Shown: positions 30,427 to 38,142 of the stretch, one piece after another | How positions within the stretch are numbered: the first letter of the stretch is position 1 | Layout: every line of letters begins with the position of its first letter | DNA from: a phage | Strand: one strand, 5' to 3' | Sequence record: PX645697.1 | DNA length: 64,000 nucleotides | Position numbers and translations under genes: made by a program | The notes under the pieces: model-generated | The model's database searches: none | Told to the model about the DNA's origin: nothing | What the model saw: the letters and a program-made list of their open reading frames with translations, nothing else

Positions 30427-30629
30427 TATGAAAATTTCCGTTCTGTTAAAAAGTATATAACTTCATTATCTGGAGACCGAACTTTCTCTCCATTTACTAA
30501 TTTCTTAGCATCTTCATATGAAGTACAATCCAAAGCAGGGTTATCAGGTGTTGGCTTCCCTAGGAAATATTTCCAAGTCCAACGCTCTCCGTCATCGTCT
30601 TGGCAGTCAAGAGTCCACAAAGTTTTCAT
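30426..30629 (-). CDS. hypothetical protein
   Basis: Track ORF. Confidence 0.35.
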   Translation of the reverse strand: MKTLWTLDCQDDDGERWTWKYFLGKPTPDNPALDCTSYEDAKKLVNGEKVRSPDNEVIYFLTERKFS

Positions 30630-30811
30630 TTCACAACCTTAAATTTGAATGTTGTTGGGTGATAATAGTGCAACCTATTAATAGTGTGCTTTGTTTCAAG
30701 ATATATCCTACAGGAGTGGCACATAACATGAGACAAACTAGTCACAGGATTGGGCTTAAAATTGATGATAGGCTTCTCTTTCTTACAGAAGCTACAGACT
30801 TTCTTTTCCAT
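30626..30811 (-). CDS. small zinc-ribbon protein
   Basis: Trimmed to ATG 30811; CSFCKK...CHSCR. Confidence 0.3.
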   Translation of the reverse strand: MEKKVCSFCKKEKPIINFKPNPVTSLSHVMCHSCRIYLETKHTINRLHYYHPTTFKFKVVK

Positions 30812-31025
30812 CTTTTCTCCAGTGGTCAACGAACTGCTGAAACACTTTACGGTCAAATGTGAAATTACGAGCAATTCCGCATTCTCTAAAAGTGGCAGGC
30901 ATATAATCTACATCACCTTCAGATGTATGACCATAGACTTGAATAAGCTTCTTAATCTTATCCTTCTCTCTTCGAGGAAGCATTCTAAATGCCTCCTGAA
31001 TATCTGTAATATGTTTTATCTTCAT
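30792..31025 (-). CDS. hypothetical protein
   Basis: Track ORF. Confidence 0.35.
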   Translation of the reverse strand: MKIKHITDIQEAFRMLPRREKDKIKKLIQVYGHTSEGDVDYMPATFRECGIARNFTFDRKVFQQFVDHWRKDGKESL

Positions 31026-31037
31026 CAGAAATTCCTG

Positions 31038-31169
31038 CTAATCCTCTGAGTTGTGGGAACAGCAATATTCACATACTCCACAACAAGGGCAAATTTCTAC
31101 ACTTGGGTCATATGCATCATCAACTGTCATCCCACACTTGGTGCAGAACACATCATCATCTTCTTCCAA
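31038..31169 (-). CDS. candidate Cys-rich small protein, 43 aa (TTG start, not in track)
   Basis: Hand translation ...EEDDDVFCTKCGMTVDDAYDPSVEICPCCGVCEYCCSHNSED; begins 3 nt after thyX stop. Confidence 0.25.
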   Translation of the reverse strand: MEEDDDVFCTKCGMTVDDAYDPSVEICPCCGVCEYCCSHNSED

Positions 31170-31171
31170 TA

Positions 31172-31855
31172 TTAACTCTCCAAAGTTTTCTTCAGAGCTG
31201 CCCACGAGATTGGGTAGATCTTAGCCATCTCTTCGTCTACGGATTTAGCAAACACTCGAACTTCATATTGAGCGTGAGATGAGAGTCGCTGACGACACAG
31301 CTCAAACCAGCCATACAAAGAACCAGTCCACACCCACTCAGTGATCATCCCCTGAGGAAGAACAAATCGAGCTTGCTCTGGTGCAATAAATTCAATCAAC
31401 TTGTCATATGCTGCTAGAGAATCTTCATATGCATCGTTAATCAGCATTAATGCTTCATCTCGCTCTCCGTCGATGAGTTGAATCCCTGAACCTGCATGGA
31501 GGTCCGCAGGTCTCGCAAAAATCTCTTTAGGGATGAAGACTTCAACTGCTCCATCTTTATACCGCCGGGACATTTCGTTCCACGAGAATCCAACCTGATG
31601 CTTGCCCAACTGTCTCGCAATTGCGATAGGTGCTTTGCATCGGAAACTGACTTGTGGGTGTCGGAATGGAGTAACATGCTTCTCTCTTGCGAGGAAATTG
31701 ATGAGACGTTCATCACGTTCATTTAAATCACCTTCACGGGTTACACCAAAGGAAACTCGAGCTGCGTTTACTACAGTTTTATCCGAGCCTAAAAACTCTA
31801 CCAGTTCTGCTTTAAGCTGATCATTCATTACTTTTTCTCTCCATCCATGAAGCAA
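31172..31855 (-). CDS. thyX: flavin-dependent thymidylate synthase (ThyX)
   Basis: ThyX-type motif ARVSFG...FRHPQVSF...QRLSSHAQYEVR. Confidence 0.7.
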   Translation of the reverse strand: MLHGWREKVMNDQLKAELVEFLGSDKTVVNAARVSFGVTREGDLNERDERLINFLAREKHVTPFRHPQVSFRCKAPIAIARQLGKHQVGFSWNEMSRRYKDGAVEVFIPKEIFARPADLHAGSGIQLIDGERDEALMLINDAYEDSLAAYDKLIEFIAPEQARFVLPQGMITEWVWTGSLYGWFELCRQRLSSHAQYEVRVFAKSVDEEMAKIYPISWAALKKTLES

Positions 31856-32273
31856 GTTTTCTAACTTCCTCTATCGTTATATCACTTTTTAACCTATTTA
31901 CTCTTCTTGACAAAAAGGTCACATTCCCTTGAACGTACCCTTTGTCTGGAATAAATCTGTCAAGCTCAGCTAAGTCATCAGAACCTTTTTCACCATCTAT
32001 CTTTATAGGCGTATCTAATACCGGACAGAATCCAGTCCAAATAGACTCTAGATACTCAGGAGTTAAATCAAAAGGTACGTTATCCCTTTTTGCTTTTATT
32101 TTAGTTCTGACATTCTTTAATTTAAAAGGTTGTGTCCTTTTATATTTTAGATATCTAGCTCTTTGACTTTCGTTGGCGCAAGAATAACAATAAGGCCGTA
32201 ACCTACCAGACCTATCATTACGCACAGGAAATTGATCTATGTCCAAATCCTTTTCACAGGAATTACAGATCAT
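31821..32273 (-). CDS. zinc-finger protein, possibly degenerate HNH-like nuclease
   Basis: N-terminal CNSC...CYSC; C-terminal IPDKGYVQGNVTFLSRRVNRLK. Confidence 0.3.
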   Translation of the reverse strand: MICNSCEKDLDIDQFPVRNDRSGRLRPYCYSCANESQRARYLKYKRTQPFKLKNVRTKIKAKRDNVPFDLTPEYLESIWTGFCPVLDTPIKIDGEKGSDDLAELDRFIPDKGYVQGNVTFLSRRVNRLKSDITIEEVRKLASWMERKSNE

Positions 32274-32338
32274 CGATCGCTTCCCATAGCTTCGATTAAT
32301 GTTGCTTGTAATTGTTCATTCATCCGTGAATTTCCCTA

Positions 32339-32539
32339 TTAATATTCTTTTACACAATAAACCACTAAGGTTCCTTGATCTGTTAATATTGACTTATGTA
32401 AGCTGACATTACTATAAAACTTTGGAGCTATCTTAAGGGCTTTCTTAAAACGACGAGCTTCTTTACGAGTAGCAAAGTGCTCTGTTACAGGAACTTTGTC
32501 GTTGTGTAGATAGTAAACTACTGTCCAATATTTTTTCAT
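32339..32539 (-). CDS. small protein, member of KEARR-KK paralog family
   Basis: MKKYW...TRKEARRFKK shared with four ORFs at 34.4-35.5 kb. Confidence 0.4.
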   Translation of the reverse strand: MKKYWTVVYYLHNDKVPVTEHFATRKEARRFKKALKIAPKFYSNVSLHKSILTDQGTLVVYCVKEY

Positions 32540-32814
32540 AATTTAATACCCAAAGCAGTTACTAAGAAAGCTTTCAGGTTTGCTTCGGTCTGCATACCAG
32601 ATAAGCTATAATGTGCATCGCTGTTACGATTAGGCACAACGAAAGCAGGGATACTTCGTACACCATACTTAACAGCTTGTTCACGACCATCACCTTCAAG
32701 GATGTTAATCTCTTCTACTTCTACATCAAACTCCTTAACAACCTTCTCAAAGGTAGGAGCCATTGCTTTACATGGAGCACACTGATCACTATAAAACTTA
32801 ATTACTTTACTCAT
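32536..32814 (-). CDS. thioredoxin/glutaredoxin-like protein
   Basis: CAPC active-site motif in thioredoxin-fold context (KFYSDQCAPCKAMAP...IPAFVV); start trimmed to ATG 32814. Confidence 0.55.
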   Translation of the reverse strand: MSKVIKFYSDQCAPCKAMAPTFEKVVKEFDVEVEEINILEGDGREQAVKYGVRSIPAFVVPNRNSDAHYSLSGMQTEANLKAFLVTALGIKL

Positions 32815-33004
32815 TCTATTCCTTGTTAATAAACAGGTTGATATGACGCTGGGTAGCAGGAACAACAATAAAAGATTTATACTGACCTTTTGCTAGGTCA
32901 TGAGCAATCTTCTTTGTCTGACCAAGACCCATCACACAGCCACTAACGATAATGGCATGTGCTTGTAATTCTTCAGGTAGGTTTAGTTTCACTCTTTGGA
33001 TTCC

Positions 33005-33190
33005 TTATAGCATACAAAGAATAATAACAAGAGGTAGTGTTATAGCAAAATGTACCAGAACAACACTACCTAGCTTGATAGCTTTAACATCCTCTTCTGC
33101 TGGGTTTTCTTTAATTGCTAAATTTCGAGCTTTATATATAACAGTACCAACTATTAACGACCACACGGCCCACACAATCAGTGAAATCAT
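33005..33190 (-). CDS. small two-TM membrane protein
   Basis: Track ORF; MISLIVWAVWSLIVGTVIY... paralogous to the adjacent untracked ORF. Confidence 0.45.
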   Translation of the reverse strand: MISLIVWAVWSLIVGTVIYKARNLAIKENPAEEDVKAIKLGSVVLVHFAITLPLVIILCML

Positions 33191-33199
33191 ATCAAATCC

Positions 33200-33379
33200 T
33201 TATGCAGTCAGGAGGTGAAGCAGGAATGGGATAACAACAGCTACGATAACCATGATAGTTGATGCTGTTTGAATCTCACCTTTCTTATCAGGGGTTTCTT
33301 CAATAAGCTTACCAGAAGCCCAATAAATACCACCACCAATAAAGATAGCCCAAATACCCCATACGATTGCTGATAACAT
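33200..33379 (-). CDS. small two-TM membrane protein, 59 aa (not in track), paralog of 33005..33190
   Basis: Hand translation MLSAIVWGIWAIFIGGGIYWASGKLIEETPDKKGEIQTASTIMVIVAVVIPFLLHLLTA. Confidence 0.45.
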   Translation of the reverse strand: MLSAIVWGIWAIFIGGGIYWASGKLIEETPDKKGEIQTASTIMVIVAVVIPFLLHLLTA

Positions 33380-33440
33380 ATATCTATATCCTTATAAATA
33401 AGTTCGCCCCACCTCGGGTTAGGAGACAGGGCGGAGGTTT

Positions 33441-34040
33441 TTAGTAAGACACATCACCACTTGAGTGGGACATGTTGCTCTTGACAAAGTAGCAATACTT
33501 GCCAAGACCTTCATTAATTTCTTGAAGCATACTCTGATCAACTGGATAAGTGACTAAATCACCATCAAACTCATCCATCTTCTCAATAATACACAACAAG
33601 GTCATGCACATATCAGAGAGCATTCCATCCATGTCTAGATCAGCATTACCCTCTGAGAACCAAGCATGAGAGAGGTAGTTAGCTGCTGTAGCGTCCACTT
33701 TAACACAGTGGTAACGCATACGTTCAGCAATACGATCTCCTACCTGTCGTGCGTAATCTTCCAGCTCGTCAAACATACCATGAACACCCTGAAATCCTGC
33801 ACCAGAGACGTTCCAGTGGTAGTTTTTAGCTTTAATATGCAAGAGTTCCATGTTAGCTTGTAAGCAGCTTAGGATGTGTTCTAGGTTGTTTCCGCTAATC
33901 ATGCCCTGCATAGTTTCAAGGCGAGAGATTGAAAGCTCAGATCGGTCTAACATGTTATATTCTGCACGACCGATTTCAGGTAAATCAAAGACATTCTTAT
34001 GCATTTGGGTTATCTCCATCAAGTTCAACTGAATTAGCAA
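33441..34040 (-). CDS. Dps-like / ferritin-like protein
   Basis: KNYHWNVSGAGFQGVHGMFDE...DRIAERMRY matches the Dps ferroxidase-region pattern HWN..G..F..VH.M.D....AER. Confidence 0.5.
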   Translation of the reverse strand: MLIQLNLMEITQMHKNVFDLPEIGRAEYNMLDRSELSISRLETMQGMISGNNLEHILSCLQANMELLHIKAKNYHWNVSGAGFQGVHGMFDELEDYARQVGDRIAERMRYHCVKVDATAANYLSHAWFSEGNADLDMDGMLSDMCMTLLCIIEKMDEFDGDLVTYPVDQSMLQEINEGLGKYCYFVKSNMSHSSGDVSY

Positions 34041-34326
34041 CGTTACGTTCGATGTTTGCCATCACTTGCTGCGTTATGACAATGCAGTTCTGTGGGTCAA
34101 CTGATTTAGAACGCCCCATTTCAGGGTCATACACTTTAACTCGCTTAGCAGTTGAACCTGTAACCTGAAGAACCTTCAACAGATATCCCTGATTACCAAT
34201 AGACCATGCAACAACATCACGATTCTTGATGAATCGACCAAGCATATCACGATGATAGAACTGCTGCATAACCTTTGATTTATTAATCTCTTCGGCTGGC
34301 GGAGCCACTTTACTCAAATCTAACAT
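33997..34326 (-). CDS. hypothetical protein
   Basis: Track ORF; AAATGTATA variant motif 35 nt upstream. Confidence 0.3.
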   Translation of the reverse strand: MLDLSKVAPPAEEINKSKVMQQFYHRDMLGRFIKNRDVVAWSIGNQGYLLKVLQVTGSTAKRVKVYDPEMGRSKSVDPQNCIVITQQVMANIERNVANSVELDGDNPNA

Positions 34327-34364
34327 TTCACTCTCTCCTGTTTAACACAATATTCTTATACTGT

Positions 34365-34373
34365 ATATACATT
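34365..34373 (-). promoter_or_regulatory. AAATGTATA variant of the recurrent motif
   Basis: One mismatch to TAATGTATA, 35-40 nt upstream of ATG 34326. Confidence 0.3.
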
Positions 34374-34398
34374 TGAGAGTGATCATATCTACTACCAA

Positions 34399-34608
34399 TC
34401 AGTAGTAAATTACTTTAGACATAAAAGAACCAGTGTTAGGGTCTTCATACCAGCGATGTATGTCAGCGCTTTTTACTATTGTGCCCAGAGTCTTCAACTG
34501 TTTCTTAGCAATACGAGCCTCTTTGCGAGTGTCAAACAATTTGATGCTATCTTTTCTCATATGTTGCTCAAGATCCCAAACAACATGAATAGCCCACATC
34601 TTTTTCAT
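34399..34608 (-). CDS. small protein, KEARR-KK paralog family
   Basis: MKKMW...TRKEARIAKK...VIYY. Confidence 0.45.
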   Translation of the reverse strand: MKKMWAIHVVWDLEQHMRKDSIKLFDTRKEARIAKKQLKTLGTIVKSADIHRWYEDPNTGSFMSKVIYY

Positions 34609-34823
34609 TAGTAATGTACCTTTCCGCTGATATAAATACGGCCTGAGGTATACTCATAGCCCTTGAGAATCTTAATAGAGATAAGATATCCAGTGTGTAA
34701 TTCACTGAACGATTTCTTAAGCCTACGTGCATCTTCTCGTGTTTTCTGGTAGGCCATGGTCACCCCCCCACTTGTCCACTCTGTCTTAACTAACCAAATT
34801 CTTTTCATAAGACCTGCCCTCAT
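34608..34823 (-). CDS. small protein, KEARR-KK paralog family
   Basis: ...TREDARRLKK...KVHY. Confidence 0.45.
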   Translation of the reverse strand: MRAGLMKRIWLVKTEWTSGGVTMAYQKTREDARRLKKSFSELHTGYLISIKILKGYEYTSGRIYISGKVHY

Positions 34824-35035
34824 TAGTAGTACACCTTGCTTCCAGCCATGAACGCCCCTGTCGAGCTTATCATGGCTTTGCTGATAGTAACTTTCTTACA
34901 CCGTAAACATACCTTCCAGTTCTTTTTACAGATTCGAGCTTCTTGTCGAGTGTTACAAAAAATAGCCGAAGATATTTCTTGGGTGTTGTTATCATAAACA
35001 CGAACACACCACTTTTTCATTGTTCCAAACTCCAC
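34823..35035 (-). CDS. small protein, KEARR-KK paralog family
   Basis: ...TRQEARICKK...KVYY. Confidence 0.45.
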   Translation of the reverse strand: MEFGTMKKWCVRVYDNNTQEISSAIFCNTRQEARICKKNWKVCLRCKKVTISKAMISSTGAFMAGSKVYY

Positions 35036-35226
35036 TATCTGTCAACCGATTCAGGGACAAACTGCATTACACAGACCTGATTACGAGGAAGGTTTATTTC
35101 ACAAGCGGTTTTTCTATCAGCAACCTTAGATGACGAGTTAGGGCCAATTTGAGCCATCATTAATCCCATAGCTAACATGCCGAGGATTACACCAATTGCT
35201 AGAGATGCTACAGTTTCTTGTTTCAT
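35035..35226 (-). CDS. small membrane protein
   Basis: Hydrophobic segment ASLAIGVILGMLAMGLMMAQI. Confidence 0.35.
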   Translation of the reverse strand: MKQETVASLAIGVILGMLAMGLMMAQIGPNSSSKVADRKTACEINLPRNQVCVMQFVPESVDR

Positions 35227-35241
35227 ATCGGATACACTCTA

Positions 35242-35490
35242 TCAGTAATATATCTTTTCATTGATAACCAAAGTGTCGTAATTCTCTGTCTGAGAGTGGA
35301 CCGCTTTGTGAATAGTAGCTACTACATCAACAGCATCTTTAAAGCGTCGATAATGGTTTATGGTTACTTTTTTGAGACGTCTAGCCTCCTCTCTTGAGGG
35401 AAGCTGAGTTTTTAGAACAGTGATTTTACCTGTTGAAATCTTGGTAATCACAACTTTCAGTGCCCAACAATCCAGAGCAGCCTTTTTCAT
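35242..35490 (-). CDS. small protein, KEARR-KK paralog family
   Basis: ...SREEARRLKK...KIYY. Confidence 0.45.
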   Translation of the reverse strand: MKKAALDCWALKVVITKISTGKITVLKTQLPSREEARRLKKVTINHYRRFKDAVDVVATIHKAVHSQTENYDTLVINEKIYY

Positions 35491-35693
35491 TTTACTAAAC
35501 CCTTCATGTAGTCATAAAGATCATTAGAAGCTTTACCCCATTCAAGGTGCTTCTTATCCATATAACTCTTACAAGCTTCTTTACTGCTTTCATCACAAGT
35601 ATCAAATCGATGACATGCTCGACCAAATGTCATAGCTTTTAATTGAACCTCGGTAGTCAAACCTTTCAGTTCTTGGAACTCTTCTTCAGTCAT
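35487..35693 (-). CDS. hypothetical protein
   Basis: Track ORF. Confidence 0.35.
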   Translation of the reverse strand: MTEEEFQELKGLTTEVQLKAMTFGRACHRFDTCDESSKEACKSYMDKKHLEWGKASNDLYDYMKGLVK

Positions 35694-36227
35694 TTACACA
35701 CCTTTAGATGCAACTACACCTTCAGAGTTATTATAACGACCCTTCACTGCATAGGAATGTTCCCCTGCATGAGAGTGCTCAAACATCACCATCTGACCAA
35801 CACGCATACCAGCACGAACTCGTAAGCTATGATGCTTGGTTACGTTATGGAACTCAAATGTCAGCTTACTGCTGTTAAACCCTGCGTCTGCCCACCCGGC
35901 GTGGAGGTGGTTCAAACCACAACGAGCCATAGATGAACGTAGGACAAACAGACTTGAGATGTTATCTGGAAGATTAAACTCCTCCATGGAGTGAGCCAAG
36001 AAGAACTGACCCGGAGTGATAACCAAACCCTCTTCAGGAATCTTTACTTCCTTCCACTGAAGATTCTCTTTCGCATCAATATCAACGATGCCATCAGCCT
36101 GTTCTTCAACAAGGATAGTATCACCAATACGGATATCCACACTAGCAGCGTTAACATATTTATGCTCCGCATTCAGATAGCCATTGTCAATTACATCGTG
36201 CAGTTCAATACTTCCTAGTAAACTCAT
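35694..36227 (-). CDS. dcd: dCTP deaminase / dUTPase-family protein
   Basis: VDIRIGD...PGQFFLAHSMEEFNLPDN...LRSSMARCGL...AGWADAGF pattern of Dcd family. Confidence 0.65.
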   Translation of the reverse strand: MSLLGSIELHDVIDNGYLNAEHKYVNAASVDIRIGDTILVEEQADGIVDIDAKENLQWKEVKIPEEGLVITPGQFFLAHSMEEFNLPDNISSLFVLRSSMARCGLNHLHAGWADAGFNSSKLTFEFHNVTKHHSLRVRAGMRVGQMVMFEHSHAGEHSYAVKGRYNNSEGVVASKGV

Positions 36228-36236
36228 TCTTATTCC

Positions 36237-37583
36237 TTAGTTATTTGTTTCTACGTCAAAAGAGATTCCACGACCCGCCTCATCGGCAAACCGAACTGTA
36301 CGGGTTTGAGGTTCTAATATTTCAGGGTTGTCAGCAACAAAGCGATCAGCGAGATTCTGGTTGACGGTCTCAGCAAGCTCCTCATGAGAAGGAACATCAA
36401 GACTACCTACCACATCTTGGGAAGAAGCTTCATCAGTCCAGATAACCCGAGCAGGAACAGCAAAACCCTGACCAGAGAGCTGACGTGCACTAACGTTGAA
36501 GCCATTTGGACGACCACGAGAAGGACTAGACATCCATCTCTCCATAGAATCACTTGTGATACCAAGAGCTTCTTCAAAAGATGTTCTACGAGTAGGGCTT
36601 TCTCTTCGTGACTCTTGTGCTCGACGCATTGCAGGGGCTACAAACACCCCTTCAATTGCATTGTGTCGGTTAGGTTCCTCTTCTCGACCAAGCAGATCAC
36701 CACCCGTGTTAGTCGTTAAATTTGTCAACCCCTCAGACCAATACGCATGAATCTGACCAGAACCGTGAAGACTAGACATAATCTGAATCTCTTCATAAGG
36801 GATTCCAAAGAATAGACTCATGTCTCGGTTAACACAATACTGAGCACTTGTTGTATCTTCAATAAGAGAAACCTGACCTAATCCATTAACCAGATGGCTA
36901 ACTGGCTGAGGTGTAGGAAGGTATCGAGTTTGGGCCATATATTGATATGCAACAGATGGAGCTGAGAATCTTAACACTTGTGAATTAGGCCACTTTTTGT
37001 GAACGTATCTGATTTCACGACTAGAAACAACCACAGGACAAGGAGAGGTCATAGCTAAATATCCATGAGGGGTCATGAATAAGTTATCAAGAGTCATCGC
37101 ACCACGGCACATCATAGGAAAATTATCCAACACCTCCTCAATAGAAGTAGGATAGTTAAACATGAATTGAATGCGGGTTCCATTCCACTGAAATTCAATA
37201 ATATCAGTGAATGTTAATTGAGAGTTCCCAGCATAGGATTCGTTTGTAGATTCAGCAAGAAGAGATGAATATTCAATATCTTGTGACTCAAGCCACTCCT
37301 TAACGTTGCTTTCAACCTCTCTTCCAAGATCTTGCCACTGATCATGGCGGACGAAAGTGTTTTGGGTTCTTGGTGTTTGTCCTCTGACAATAAAGATATC
37401 AATGTCATGTGGAGCTATATTGTTAAGGACAGCATCACGAATAGCCCCACCAGTAATGATGGGACAGATACCGTCTGGAATCAAGTTGTTGTTAATCAAC
37501 TGTTCAATGAAGTGACGACCAACAGTGATATCAGGTTGTTGAGCAACCTTATCTTCAATTTGGTTAATCGGGATAACAATCAT
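36237..37583 (-). CDS. Pol-beta-superfamily nucleotidyltransferase (CCA-adding / poly(A)-polymerase-like head) with low-complexity C-terminus
   Basis: ITGGAIRDAVLNNIAPHDIDIFIV matches the GG-x-RD...DxD head motif; start set at ATG 37583 just after exonuclease stop. Confidence 0.4.
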   Translation of the reverse strand: MIVIPINQIEDKVAQQPDITVGRHFIEQLINNNLIPDGICPIITGGAIRDAVLNNIAPHDIDIFIVRGQTPRTQNTFVRHDQWQDLGREVESNVKEWLESQDIEYSSLLAESTNESYAGNSQLTFTDIIEFQWNGTRIQFMFNYPTSIEEVLDNFPMMCRGAMTLDNLFMTPHGYLAMTSPCPVVVSSREIRYVHKKWPNSQVLRFSAPSVAYQYMAQTRYLPTPQPVSHLVNGLGQVSLIEDTTSAQYCVNRDMSLFFGIPYEEIQIMSSLHGSGQIHAYWSEGLTNLTTNTGGDLLGREEEPNRHNAIEGVFVAPAMRRAQESRRESPTRRTSFEEALGITSDSMERWMSSPSRGRPNGFNVSARQLSGQGFAVPARVIWTDEASSQDVVGSLDVPSHEELAETVNQNLADRFVADNPEILEPQTRTVRFADEAGRGISFDVETNN

Positions 37584-37584
37584 T

Positions 37585-38142
37585 TTACATTTTCCAATAT
37601 AATGAAGGTGGGTCGTAAGGGTCAAATCCCGTGAGTTCACACAAGAAAAGATAAACCTTAACAGTTAAGTTAACGTCCTGTTCACAATAAGTAAACATAT
37701 CTTCAGTGAAAGCATCCCATGCTTCCTCTTGCTCACCGTAATCTCCTTTAAGTTCCTCTAAGAACTCACCCCATTGCTTCAAGCCGTGACCTCTTGGGCC
37801 ACGTCTAGGGTCGCCTTTCGGATACTCAGGACTGTCACCAATACGGTCAGGTTTAAGATATCGACTAAGACAGAGAGTGTCAAAGACGTTAAAACGATAG
37901 TTGATCAGATTGGGATACATCTTCTTCAGAGCACAAAGGTCGAAGTCAATAATATTATGACCTACGAGCACATCAGCTTCTGTAAGTTTACGAATCCCAT
38001 CTTCAATTTGGTGAGGCCGATAGCCCCACCTTTCACCAGTTTCAACATCGAAGATGTAAATACACCATACTTTAGTTATGTCATCGTACAGTGCATTACT
38101 CTCGATATCGAATGCAAATACTTTCTTCTTTTTCTTTACCAC
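37585..38142 (-). CDS. DEDD-type 3'-5' exonuclease (DnaQ-like), stand-alone
   Basis: Exo [11 protein letters not shown], Exo [13 protein letters not shown], Exo III FTYCEQD. Confidence 0.6.
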   Translation of the reverse strand: MVKKKKKVFAFDIESNALYDDITKVWCIYIFDVETGERWGYRPHQIEDGIRKLTEADVLVGHNIIDFDLCALKKMYPNLINYRFNVFDTLCLSRYLKPDRIGDSPEYPKGDPRRGPRGHGLKQWGEFLEELKGDYGEQEEAWDAFTEDMFTYCEQDVNLTVKVYLFLCELTGFDPYDPPSLYWKM

